Shown here piece by piece: positions 9,924 to 19,289 of a stretch of 64,000 bases of DNA. Source of the stretch: an uncultured cyanobacterium (GTDB lineage: Bacteria > Cyanobacteriota > Cyanobacteriia > Cyanobacteriales > Cyanobacteriaceae); the NCBI GenBank assembly GCA_963710605.1, contig CAVQBA010000004.1, positions 640,001 through 704,000 on the forward strand, written 5' to 3'. The first letter of the stretch is position 1, and every line of letters begins with the position of its first letter. Below the pieces are notes generated by a model that was not told the DNA's origin, searched no databases, and saw nothing but the letters and a program-made list of their open reading frames with translations. The translations under genes were made by a program, and so were the position numbers.

Positions 9924-12900
9924 ATGCACAGAATACAAGCAATGCCGGGGGGATGGAATCCTGATACAGAAGGAGTAATTATCATCGAACAAAACCCCGC
10001 CCCTATTATCTTCCTTACCAGTGCCGATACAGATATTCAAACGACTGCTTCTTGTTTAGAATTTTTACCCGCTGATTTTTCTGAGATTAGAGTTGTTAAT
10101 TTATTACAATTACAGCAAGAATTAACGATCGATACTTACGCTGAAGAGATATTAGCAAAAGCAGAAGTTATCGTATTAAGGTTATTAGGTGGTAGAAGTT
10201 ATTGGAGTTATGGTTTAGAAGTTTGTAAGGAGATAGTTAGTCAAAATAATGCTTCTTTATTTATTTTACCAGGTGACGATCGACCTGACCCCGAATTGTT
10301 AAGTAATTCTAATTTACCTTTACAGCAAGTTAATCAATTATGGCAATACTTCACTGAAGGTGGTGTCGATAATTTTACCAATGCTTTTAAATACATTAGT
10401 GATGTTTGTTTGCACACCAATTTGCAACCATTACCACCTCAATCTGTATCTCGTTTGGGTATTTATCCTACCGTAGGGGTTGAACAATGTTCAACCCTTG
10501 ATAAAACCTTGGAAAACAAAAGAATAACCCCCCCTAACCCCCCCTTCAAAGGTGGGGAAAAAATGTACAAGGGGAAAGAAATAGATGAGAAAAAGGAAAT
10601 ACAAACAGGGGAGAAAAATACAGGAAAAAAAGATGTCGCAATAATATTTTATCGATCGCATTTTCTCTCAGGAAATACCAAACCGATCGATGCTTTATTA
10701 ACAGCTTTAAAACAAGAAAATTTATCAGCTATTGCTATTTATGTATCATCCCTTAGAGAAGAAGATATCCAAAGACAATTAATTAAATTATTAGTAGAAT
10801 ACAAAACATATTTAATTCTCAATACCACTAGCTTTTCTGTTGCGAAGATAGGAGAAGAAGAAAATACAAAAATTTGGCAAACGATCGATGTACCCGTTTT
10901 GCAAGTTATCCTTAGTGGTAGTACTAAAGAATATTGGCAAGATAACTTTAATGGATTATCTCCTCGTGATGTTGCCATGAATGTCGCCTTACCTGAAGTT
11001 GATGGTAGGATTATTACTCGTGCAATTTCTTTTAAATCAGTAGCTAACCGACATCCACAATTAGAAACAGATGTTGTTATTTATCAGCCTGTTATCGATC
11101 GAGTTAATTATATTGCTCAATTAGCTAAAAATTGGGTAAGTTTAGCACAGAAAAAAAATACAGAAAAAAAAGTCGCTTTAATACTCGCAAATTATCCTAA
11201 TAAAGACGGTAGAATTGCTAACGGTGTGGGCTTAGATACACCCGCAAGTTGTATTAATATTTTGCAAGCTTTAGTTGAAAATAATTATATAGTTGATGAT
11301 ATTCCTAAGGACGGAGATGAGTTAATTTCTCTATTAACAAAAGGAGTAACAAATGATTTAGAAATGCAATCGCAACGACAAATTAATCAGTATTTATTTT
11401 TATCAGAATATCAAAACTATTTTAATAATTTACCATCACAAGTACAAGAAGCGATAATTAAAAGATGGGGAAAAATTAACGAGATAGATAAAAACGATCG
11501 AGATGAAAAAATAGACATTACTAATATTACTAGTAATGAATTATTAAACCAACATTTAACTTTAGTTGATAACTCTCCTGCTATCAAAGTATCAGGACAA
11601 CAATTAGGTAATATTTTTATTGGTATTCAACCATCTAGAGGATACGATTTAGATCCTACTTTAAATTATCATGCTCCCGATTTAGAACCAACTCATAATT
11701 ATTTAGCTTTTTATTATTGGTTAAAAGAAGTATTTAAAGCCGATGTTATTATTCACGTCGGTAAGCATGGAAATTTAGAATGGTTACCTGGTAAAAGTAT
11801 AGTTTTATCTCAAAATTGTTACCCAGAAATTACTTTGGGAACAATACCTAATTTTTATCCTTTTATTGTTAACGATCCAGGGGAAGGAAGTCAAGCAAAA
11901 AGAAGGGCGAATGCGGTAATTTTAGATCATTTAACTCCTCCTTTAACTCGTGCTGAATTATATAGTGAGTTATTAGAGTTAGAGGCTTTGATTGATGAAT
12001 ATTACCAAGCCCAAAGTTTGAACCCTATTCGTTTAAAGACTATCTCTCAACGTATTACCGATTTAGTAACTAAAACTAATTTACAACAAGATTTAGGTGT
12101 TGATGAAATAAATAACGATCGTTTAAATGAATTTTTAACTATAGCTGATGGTTATTTATGTGAGTTAAAAGAAGCACAAATTAGAGATGGTTTACATATT
12201 TTTGGTAATTGTCCTCAAGATAGACAATTAGTAGATTTAATAGTAGCTATCGCTCGTTTTAGTAGTTATAATAATCTTGGTTTAATTGATAGTATAGCTA
12301 AAGATTTATCTATAGATATAGACGATTATAAAGAAGAGTTAGGAAATAATTTATCAAAGGAAAAAAAAAAATATGTTTTACAGCAACTTAAATTAGTTTC
12401 TACAACTGAAGAAATAGATATCAATATTAGAATAAAAGGCGATGTAATTGAATATTTAGAAAGTATTGCCAGTGATTTAATTACCACATTAATTACCCAC
12501 CATACAACACATAATTTATACCGTAGGGGTGCAAGGTTTGCACCCAATACAAAAAATACACCCGATACGAAAAATGTACTTAATAAGGAAGACAAGGGCG
12601 TAAGCCTTACGCCCCTACAACAAATATCTAATGATGATTCAATTGTTTCCTGGCAACATACAAATAAACAACTCGAATGGATTAATAATCACTTATTACC
12701 CAATTTACAGAAAACCGATCGAGAAATCATCAACCTAATTCGAGGATTGAATGGTAAATTTGTCAGTAGTGGGGCATCGGGTGCACCAACAAGAGGTAGA
12801 AGCGATGTACTTCCTACAGGGCGTAACTTTTATTCTGTTGATATTCGATCGATTCCTACCGAAACATCATGGTCAGTAGGACAAAAAGCCGCCGAAGCAG

Positions 12901-14015
12901 TAATCGAAAGATATACCCAAGAAAATGGCGAATATCCTCGTACTCTAGCTATTTCTGTTTGGGGTACATCTACTATGCGTACGGGTGGAGATGACATCGC
13001 TCAAATTATGGCATTGATGGGAGTTAAACCAGTTTGGGATGGGGTTAGTCGTCGAGTTGTCGATTTTGAGGTTATTCCTATTTCTGCGTTAGGACGACCT
13101 CGTGTTGATGTGACTGTCAGAGTATCAGGCTTTTTTCGTGACGGATTTCCCAATCTACTTTCTTTATTATCAAAAATAGTGGACTTTTTGTCAACCTTAA
13201 CTGAAGAAAAAGAAAATAACCCTTTAGCAATGCAAGTGGAAAAAGAAAGCAACTACTGGTCAGAGCAAGGCTTACCAAAAAAAGAAGCAAGGGCGAAAGC
13301 TAGTTATCGTGTCTTTGGTTCAAAGCCGGGGGCTTATGGTGCGGGTTTACAAGGTTTAATTGAGTCGCAAAATTGGCATAGTGATGAGGATTTGGCAAGG
13401 GCTTATCTTCACTGGAGTAGTTATGCTTATGCTGGTAGTAAAGGAGTTGCTCAACCAGAGGTATTTGCCAAAAGATTAAAAGAATTACAAATTATTTTAC
13501 ATAATCAAGATAACCGAGAGCATGACATCCTCGATTCTGATGACTATTATCAATTTCAAGGAGGAATGACGGCGGCGGTAAGACATTTACAAGGAGAAAA
13601 TCCAACGGTTTATTTTGGTGATAATTCGCAACCGAGTAACCCAAAAGTAAGACAATTGCAAGAAGAAATAGCAAGGGTGTATCGTAGTCGTGTAATTAAT
13701 CCTAAGTGGATAGAAGGAGTAATGCGTCATGGGTATAAAGGTGCGTTTGAGATGAGTGCTACTGTCGATTATTTATTTGCTTATTCGGCAACGACTAAGG
13801 TTGTACCTGATTTCATGTATGAAGGGATTGTTGATAATTATTTGTTAAATGAAAAGGTACATGATTTTATCCAAGATAAGAATCCGTGGGCTTTACGAGA
13901 TATAGCTGAGCGTTTGATAGAAGCGAATCAGCGGGGGTTATGGAGTGGTGTTAGAGAAGGAGAAATCGATCGATTAAGAGCTATTTTACATGAGGCTGAG
14001 GGTACGATCGAATAA
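9924..14015 (+). CDS. cobN: Cobaltochelatase subunit CobN
   Basis: VALPEVDGRI, HVGKHGNLEWLPGK, LPTGRNFYSVD and NPKWIEG motifs. Confidence 0.96.
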   Translation: MHRIQAMPGGWNPDTEGVIIIEQNPAPIIFLTSADTDIQTTASCLEFLPADFSEIRVVNLLQLQQELTIDTYAEEILAKAEVIVLRLLGGRSYWSYGLEVCKEIVSQNNASLFILPGDDRPDPELLSNSNLPLQQVNQLWQYFTEGGVDNFTNAFKYISDVCLHTNLQPLPPQSVSRLGIYPTVGVEQCSTLDKTLENKRITPPNPPFKGGEKMYKGKEIDEKKEIQTGEKNTGKKDVAIIFYRSHFLSGNTKPIDALLTALKQENLSAIAIYVSSLREEDIQRQLIKLLVEYKTYLILNTTSFSVAKIGEEENTKIWQTIDVPVLQVILSGSTKEYWQDNFNGLSPRDVAMNVALPEVDGRIITRAISFKSVANRHPQLETDVVIYQPVIDRVNYIAQLAKNWVSLAQKKNTEKKVALILANYPNKDGRIANGVGLDTPASCINILQALVENNYIVDDIPKDGDELISLLTKGVTNDLEMQSQRQINQYLFLSEYQNYFNNLPSQVQEAIIKRWGKINEIDKNDRDEKIDITNITSNELLNQHLTLVDNSPAIKVSGQQLGNIFIGIQPSRGYDLDPTLNYHAPDLEPTHNYLAFYYWLKEVFKADVIIHVGKHGNLEWLPGKSIVLSQNCYPEITLGTIPNFYPFIVNDPGEGSQAKRRANAVILDHLTPPLTRAELYSELLELEALIDEYYQAQSLNPIRLKTISQRITDLVTKTNLQQDLGVDEINNDRLNEFLTIADGYLCELKEAQIRDGLHIFGNCPQDRQLVDLIVAIARFSSYNNLGLIDSIAKDLSIDIDDYKEELGNNLSKEKKKYVLQQLKLVSTTEEIDINIRIKGDVIEYLESIASDLITTLITHHTTHNLYRRGARFAPNTKNTPDTKNVLNKEDKGVSLTPLQQISNDDSIVSWQHTNKQLEWINNHLLPNLQKTDREIINLIRGLNGKFVSSGASGAPTRGRSDVLPTGRNFYSVDIRSIPTETSWSVGQKAAEAVIERYTQENGEYPRTLAISVWGTSTMRTGGDDIAQIMALMGVKPVWDGVSRRVVDFEVIPISALGRPRVDVTVRVSGFFRDGFPNLLSLLSKIVDFLSTLTEEKENNPLAMQVEKESNYWSEQGLPKKEARAKASYRVFGSKPGAYGAGLQGLIESQNWHSDEDLARAYLHWSSYAYAGSKGVAQPEVFAKRLKELQIILHNQDNREHDILDSDDYYQFQGGMTAAVRHLQGENPTVYFGDNSQPSNPKVRQLQEEIARVYRSRVINPKWIEGVMRHGYKGAFEMSATVDYLFAYSATTKVVPDFMYEGIVDNYLLNEKVHDFIQDKNPWALRDIAERLIEANQRGLWSGVREGEIDRLRAILHEAEGTIE
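10473..10557 (+). repeat. GTAG-REP hairpin plus a CCCCCTAACCCCCCTT..GGGG repeat inside cobN
   Basis: CCGTAGGGGTTGAACAATGTTCAACCC (10471-10497) is identical to intergenic 46421-46447. Confidence 0.85.
12523..12618. repeat. Inverted GTAG-REP doublet inside cobN
   Basis: GTAGGGGTGCAAGGTTTGCACCC ... GGGCGTAAGCCTTACGCCCCTAC. The first matches the reverse complement of intergenic 45208-45230. Confidence 0.85.
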
Positions 14016-14085
14016 TTTTGATGTAATTAAAATAATGATAATATGACGATCGAAATACGATAATCAAAAAAATAGATAAAAAATT

Positions 14086-14475
14086 ATGTCTCGCCTCGAT
14101 CTCTCTAAATGGTATTCTGGTTGTTGTCATTGTGGTGCAGTTCGTTTTCAAGTTAAGCTAACTAAATTTGAAGCGATTAAATGTAATTGCTCTATTTGTC
14201 GTAAAAAAAGTTATTTACATTTAATCGTACCGCCAAAAAATTTTCGCTTGCTCAAAGGGGAAGACTCTTTATCTACTTATAGCTTTAATACCAATACCGC
14301 CGTGCATAAATTTTGTCGTACTTGTGGTATTCATCCTTTTTATACACCTCGCTCTCATCCTGAAGATATAGATGTTAACGTTAATGTTTTAGATGAAGAT
14401 ATTACGGATGATTTAAATATTGTTGATTTTGATGGACAAAATTGGGAACAAGATGTAGAAAATATACGTGAATAA
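14086..14475 (+). CDS. GFA / CENP-V family Zn protein
   Basis: GCCHCGAVRF, CNCSICRKK and FCRTCGIHPF motifs. Confidence 0.9.
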   Translation: MSRLDLSKWYSGCCHCGAVRFQVKLTKFEAIKCNCSICRKKSYLHLIVPPKNFRLLKGEDSLSTYSFNTNTAVHKFCRTCGIHPFYTPRSHPEDIDVNVNVLDEDITDDLNIVDFDGQNWEQDVENIRE

Positions 14476-14576
14476 TTGACAATTGATAATTGACAATTGA
14501 TAATTGATTAAGTGTTAAATATTTGCTATTCATAAATAACTCTTAACTCTTGACTCTTAACTCTTAACTATACAAA

Positions 14577-15539
14577 TTGATTATTACTTTAAGCATTATT
14601 TGGTTAGCTTCTATTTTAGATTATATCTTAGGCGATCCTTGGGGCTGGATTCATCCCGTACAAGTGATGGGTTGGTTTATTAGTCGTTATACTGATTTTG
14701 TTACTAATAATCTCAATCGCAAAATCCTCAGAAAAATTGCAGGAGTATTTTTAGGTGTTGGCTTAATTGTTGGTAGTGGTTTTGTTAGTTGGTTGATTAT
14801 CTATTGGGCAACGCTAATTAATTTTTATCTGGGAATAATAATCCAAGTTATTTTACTCGCTAGTTGTTTTGCTGGTAGAAGTTTACGTCACGCCGCTGAA
14901 GATGTTTTGCAATATTTACCCGCAGAAGATTTAACTAAGGCACGCAATCGTTTAAGTTATTATGTCGGCAGAGATACCGATAAGTTATCTGTAACCGAAA
15001 TTTATCGTGCCATACTCGAAACCGTTACTGAAAATACCACTGATGGTGTAACCGCTCCTTTATTTTATACCTTAGTTGGTGCTTGTATTCCCGTTGTTGG
15101 TTGTGTGCCTGTAGCGATCGCTTATAAAGCCTCTAGTACACTTGATTCGATGGTTGGCTATAAAAGTGAGCCTTATACCGATATTGGTTGGTTTAGTGCC
15201 AAATTAGAAGACTATTTAACATGGTTGCCTTGTCGTTTGACTGTGTTGACATTAGCAATTCTCTCAGGAAATATATTTAAAAACTTACGATTATGCCGCA
15301 AGTATGCTGTTCAAGATCCTAGCCCGAATTCTGGTTGGAGTGAAAGTATCTATGCGGTGATTTTGGGCGTGCAATTAGGAGGAGTTAATTTTTATCGGGG
15401 CGAAAAAAAAATGAAGCCTTTGTTAGGTGAAGCGATTTATCCGATCGAAGAAAAAACGATCGTCTCTGCTTTATCTTTAACTCGTCGTTGCTTTCTCGTT
15501 TGGCTTAGTTGTTTTTCCCTTTTTGTTCTGATTAGATAA
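14577..15539 (+). CDS. cbiB: Adenosylcobinamide-phosphate synthase
   Basis: GDPWGWIHPV, VGRDT, ENTTDG, TLDSMVGY and SPNSGWSE motifs. Confidence 0.93.
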   Translation: MIITLSIIWLASILDYILGDPWGWIHPVQVMGWFISRYTDFVTNNLNRKILRKIAGVFLGVGLIVGSGFVSWLIIYWATLINFYLGIIIQVILLASCFAGRSLRHAAEDVLQYLPAEDLTKARNRLSYYVGRDTDKLSVTEIYRAILETVTENTTDGVTAPLFYTLVGACIPVVGCVPVAIAYKASSTLDSMVGYKSEPYTDIGWFSAKLEDYLTWLPCRLTVLTLAILSGNIFKNLRLCRKYAVQDPSPNSGWSESIYAVILGVQLGGVNFYRGEKKMKPLLGEAIYPIEEKTIVSALSLTRRCFLVWLSCFSLFVLIR

Positions 15540-15562
15540 ACAAACAACAATCGAAGTATCTC

Positions 15563-15587
15563 GTAGGGGCAGAATATTATTCTGCCC
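15563..15587 (+). repeat. GTAG-REP hairpin at the left edge of the NAD cassette
   Basis: GTAGGGGCAGAATATTATTCTGCCC; a near-identical reverse copy lies at 46365-46389. Confidence 0.85.
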
Positions 15588-15624
15588 TCAATTCTTGGTA
15601 TTTCATATGAATATCAACAACTAA

Positions 15625-15677
15625 TTGACAAATAAATGTCTTTGTGACATTATATGTTTAATGGCTAAGTGACATTA
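15625..15677 (+). promoter_or_regulatory. sigma70 promoter overlapped by two NrtR-type operators
   Basis: TTGACA (15625)-17 nt-CATTAT. Palindromes AATGTC-tttgt-GACATT (15635-15651) and AATGGC-taagt-GACATT (15660-15676) fit the GT-N7-AC core, the second with one mismatch. Confidence 0.8.
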
Positions 15678-15699
15678 TTAAAAAAGAGGATGATTAGCA

Positions 15700-16533
15700 A
15701 TGCCGATATTAATCAATCAAAAACCGATCGATACCTTGAAGTTTCCTGCGGGAGAAAGTCATGTGACTGTATCACCGAAGCAGATTACCCAGACAATTGA
15801 CATTGAAGCATTATTAGATAGTAACGATCGTATTATGGAATTGTTATTAACAATAGATGCTGTACGCCGTCTCAATCCAATTGCCAAAATTGAGCTGACA
15901 ATACCTTACTTTCCTTATGCCCGACAAGATCGAGTTTGTAACGCAGGAGAGGCTTTGAGTGTGAAGGTGATGGCGAATTTGATTAATAGTTTAAAATGCG
16001 ATCGAGTCACAATAATCGATCCTCATTCAGACGTTACCCCCGCCTTATTAAATAACTGCGATGTAATTACTCAAGCCGATATTATCGCTAAAAGTAACCT
16101 TGCAGGGCGAATCAAGGAAGAAAACTGGGCTTTAATTGCTCCCGATGCAGGTGCAGTCAAAAAGACTCAGCAAGTAGCCAAAAGTCTAGCTAGTGAAGAT
16201 TTTCTCCCCGATATTTTATACGCCGATAAAGTCAGGAATACGAAGACAGGTAAAATCACCCATACCAGATTTAAGGGTGAGGTAAACAAACGCAAAGTTT
16301 TAATTATCGATGATATTTGCGATGGTGGTAAAACTTTTATTGAATTAGCCAAGGTTTTACAAGCTAAAGGTGTAGAACAAATATATCTGTATATCACCCA
16401 TGGTATTTTTTCTTATGGTTTGGAAGTATTACAACCATATTTTCAAAAGATTTATTGTTATCACACTTTTTTGTCATCACCGCAACAAGACAGTGATTTT
16501 ATAACTATTCTCAAACCAACTATTAGCGATTAA
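15700..16533 (+). CDS. prs: Short, phage-like ribose-phosphate pyrophosphokinase homologue (candidate ADPR-PP synthetase)
   Basis: FPAGE, IPYFPYARQDR, DPHS, APDAGA, DDICDGGKTF and THGIFS motifs; 277 aa. Confidence 0.85.
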   Translation: MPILINQKPIDTLKFPAGESHVTVSPKQITQTIDIEALLDSNDRIMELLLTIDAVRRLNPIAKIELTIPYFPYARQDRVCNAGEALSVKVMANLINSLKCDRVTIIDPHSDVTPALLNNCDVITQADIIAKSNLAGRIKEENWALIAPDAGAVKKTQQVAKSLASEDFLPDILYADKVRNTKTGKITHTRFKGEVNKRKVLIIDDICDGGKTFIELAKVLQAKGVEQIYLYITHGIFSYGLEVLQPYFQKIYCYHTFLSSPQQDSDFITILKPTISD

Positions 16534-16591
16534 AAGACTAAAGTCTTTACTACAAAAATTATTAACTCTTAACTCTTAACTCTTAACTATT

Positions 16592-18064
16592 ATGAATCCC
16601 TTAACAGCGATCGATTTTTACAAAACTGACCATCGTCGTCAATATCCCGAAGGTACAACCCAAGTATATGCAAACTTTACTCCTCGTAGCGGTCGTTTGG
16701 CTAACGTAATCGATCGAGATGACATCAAAGTAGTATTCTTTGGATTGCAATATTTCATTAAAGATTTTTTAATTGATACTTGGAATCAAGAATTTTTTGA
16801 GCGAGATAAAACCAAAGTTGTCAGTCAGTATAAAAGAAGGATGGATACATCTTTAGGTGAAAATACGATCGATACCGCTCATATCGAAGCCTTACACGAT
16901 TTAGGTTATCTACCTCTCAAAATTAAAGCCTTACCAGAAGGAAGTAAAGTGCCGATGGGAGTGCCAGTTTTAACAGTCGTCAATACTCATCCTGATTTTT
17001 TCTGGCTAACTAACTATATCGAAACAATTATGTCTTGCTATTTATGGAAACCAATCACCTCAGCTACCACTGCCTTTGAATACAAAAAATTATTAACTAA
17101 ATACGCTAAACTGACAGGAACACCTTTAGATGTTGTTCAGTTTCAAGCCCATGATTTTTCCTTCCGAGGTTTATCTAGTTGGCAAGATGCGGCGATTAGT
17201 GGGGCGGCACATCTAACTTCTTTTTATGGCACGGATACCGTTAGTGCGATCGATTTATTAGAAGAATATTATGATATTGATGCTACCCAAGAATTGATTG
17301 GTGCATCAGTACCTGCCACCGAACATTCTGTTATGTGTATGGGTACATCTGAAGGAGAATTAGAGACATTTCGCCGTTTAATTGAAGATATTTATCCTCA
17401 TGGTATCGTCTCGATCGTTTCTGATACATGGGATTTTTGGCAGGTAATTACAGAATATCTAGTTTTATTAAAACAAAAAATTCTCGATCGTCAAGGAAAA
17501 GTTGTTATTCGTCCAGATAGTGGCAATCCTGTTAAAATTATTTGTGGTGATGATGATGCACCTATCGATACTCCTGAATATAAAGGGGCGGTTGAATGTT
17601 TGTGGGAGATTTTTGGAGGTACAAAAACCGAAACGGGATACAAAATGTTAGACTCTCACATTGGTTTAATTTACGGTGATTCAATTACATTGACTAGAGC
17701 AACAGAGATTTTACAAAAATTAAAAGCTAAAGGTTTTACTTCGGGTAATATTGTCTTTGGAGTTGGCTCTTATACTTATCAATATGTCACCCGTGACAAT
17801 TTTGGTTTTGCGGTTAAAGCCACTAGTGGTATCGTCAACCAAGAGCGTCGTGATATATTTAAAAATCCGAAAACGGGTAATGGTGAAAAAAAATCGGCTA
17901 GAGGTTTATTACGTGTCGAGAAAAAAGACGGTACTTTTGTTTTATACGAGCAACAAACACCAAACCAAGAAGCCCAAGGAGAATTAAAACCTATTTTTGT
18001 TGATAGTAAACTGGTTAAAACTCATAGTTTGACTGATATTCGTGCAAGAATAGTTAATAATTGA
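16592..18064 (+). CDS. nadV: Nicotinamide phosphoribosyltransferase homologue (candidate nicotinamide ADPR-transferase)
   Basis: DFYKTDHRRQYP, FFGLQY, HDFSFRG, SVPATEHS, SIVSDTWD, IRPDSG, YGDSIT, FGVGS and KKSARG motifs. Confidence 0.9.
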   Translation: MNPLTAIDFYKTDHRRQYPEGTTQVYANFTPRSGRLANVIDRDDIKVVFFGLQYFIKDFLIDTWNQEFFERDKTKVVSQYKRRMDTSLGENTIDTAHIEALHDLGYLPLKIKALPEGSKVPMGVPVLTVVNTHPDFFWLTNYIETIMSCYLWKPITSATTAFEYKKLLTKYAKLTGTPLDVVQFQAHDFSFRGLSSWQDAAISGAAHLTSFYGTDTVSAIDLLEEYYDIDATQELIGASVPATEHSVMCMGTSEGELETFRRLIEDIYPHGIVSIVSDTWDFWQVITEYLVLLKQKILDRQGKVVIRPDSGNPVKIICGDDDAPIDTPEYKGAVECLWEIFGGTKTETGYKMLDSHIGLIYGDSITLTRATEILQKLKAKGFTSGNIVFGVGSYTYQYVTRDNFGFAVKATSGIVNQERRDIFKNPKTGNGEKKSARGLLRVEKKDGTFVLYEQQTPNQEAQGELKPIFVDSKLVKTHSLTDIRARIVNN

Positions 18065-18126
18065 CAATTGATAAGAGTTTTATTATTTATTGCTAATTAC
18101 TAATTGCTAATTGCTAATTGTTTCTT

Positions 18127-18870
18127 ATGGATTGACAAACTTATAATTCAGAAAAAGAGTTTCTTAGTAATTATAATCCGAATATTTACGATCGTCCTAG
18201 TACATCAGTCGATACGGTTATATTTACTGTTTTTGATGGTGCGTTGCAAGTATTGTTAGTCAAACGAGACGATTATCCTTTTAAACATCAATGGGCGTTA
18301 GTTGGCGGTTTTATTGACCTTAAAAACGATCGTACTCTAGAAGATACAGCTAAAGGTAAATTAGCCGAAAAGACAGGGGTAGAAACTTCTTATCTAGAAC
18401 AATGTATGACGATCGGTAATAAAAATCGTGACCCTAGAGGATGGTCTGTTACTACAGTATATTTTGCTTTGTTGCCTTACGAACAAATTAAACTAAAAGC
18501 GGGTAAAGGTGCAGTTGACATTAAATGGTCGATCGTTACTGATAATAAAGTTATAGAAGATTTAGCTTTCGATCATAACCTCATTTTAGAGCAAGCGATC
18601 GATCGTTTACGTAACAAAGTACTTTACACCACTTTACCTGCTTATCTAATGCCCGAATTATTTACATTTAGAGATTTACAAACTGTCTATGAAATAATAC
18701 TCGATCGACAATTAGAAGTTAAGTCTTTTCGTCGTCGGATAGATAAAGCCAATATCCTTGAAGCAACTTCTCAAACTCGTCAGGATGCCAAACGCCCTGC
18801 AAAATTATATCGCTTGAAAGATAATGTTAATCCTTACTTCTTTTTAAGAAACCTCGAAGGAGCGATGTGA
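18127..18870 (+). CDS. nrtR: NrtR-family Nudix-wHTH repressor, with an in-frame TGA at codon 3
   Basis: RPSTSVDTVIFT, WALVGGF, degenerate Nudix box (AKGKLAEKTG), RDPRGW, LAFDH, FRRR and RPAKLY. The frame starts ATG GAT TGA CAA. Confidence 0.88.
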
Positions 18871-18888
18871 AATAATGGAGAATCGATC

Positions 18889-19032
18889 GTAGGGGTGCAA
18901 GCGGTGGAATCCCGCGTCGGCGTAAGACGCAAGGGAACGTCCACCAAGACAGGTTTGCACCCAAATGACTCTTTTAAATACGATCTCGACATAACCCTAT
19001 GATTAAAGGGTTGAATAATATTCAACCCCTAC
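18889..19032. repeat. Inverted GTAG-REP doublet; the first REP is interrupted by a 50-bp element
   Basis: GTAGGGGTGCAA[50 bp]AGGTTTGCACCC ... GGGTTGAATAATATTCAACCCCTAC. Confidence 0.85.
18901..18950. mobile_element. 50-bp GC-rich small dispersed element, copy 1
   Basis: 48/50 identical to 25801-25850, in unrelated flanks. Confidence 0.8.
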
Positions 19033-19289
19033 AGCGGAATTTGTATTGTAGTTTTGGTTTAGCCTCAGAAAATTCGATCGAATAAGTGATACACAAAATA
19101 AAGTACGAAACCTAACAACTAAATTTTAAAGATATAAATCGAATCTTTCTTCAATCTAAAACAGCTTTAACTTCAGCAAAAATATCTATTTTTCATTATT
19201 CTTTACGAACTACTAACTTTTTAGTTTTTGTTTTCTACTGTTAAAATAATATTAAGTTTTGTTAAGTAATTAAATAGATAATTTGAAGT

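Noticed and set aside
16592-18870. NARP2-type or Synechocystis-type nadV + nadM-Nudix salvage operon
   Set aside because: The downstream gene has no HxGH adenylyltransferase domain; it is Nudix plus wHTH (NrtR).
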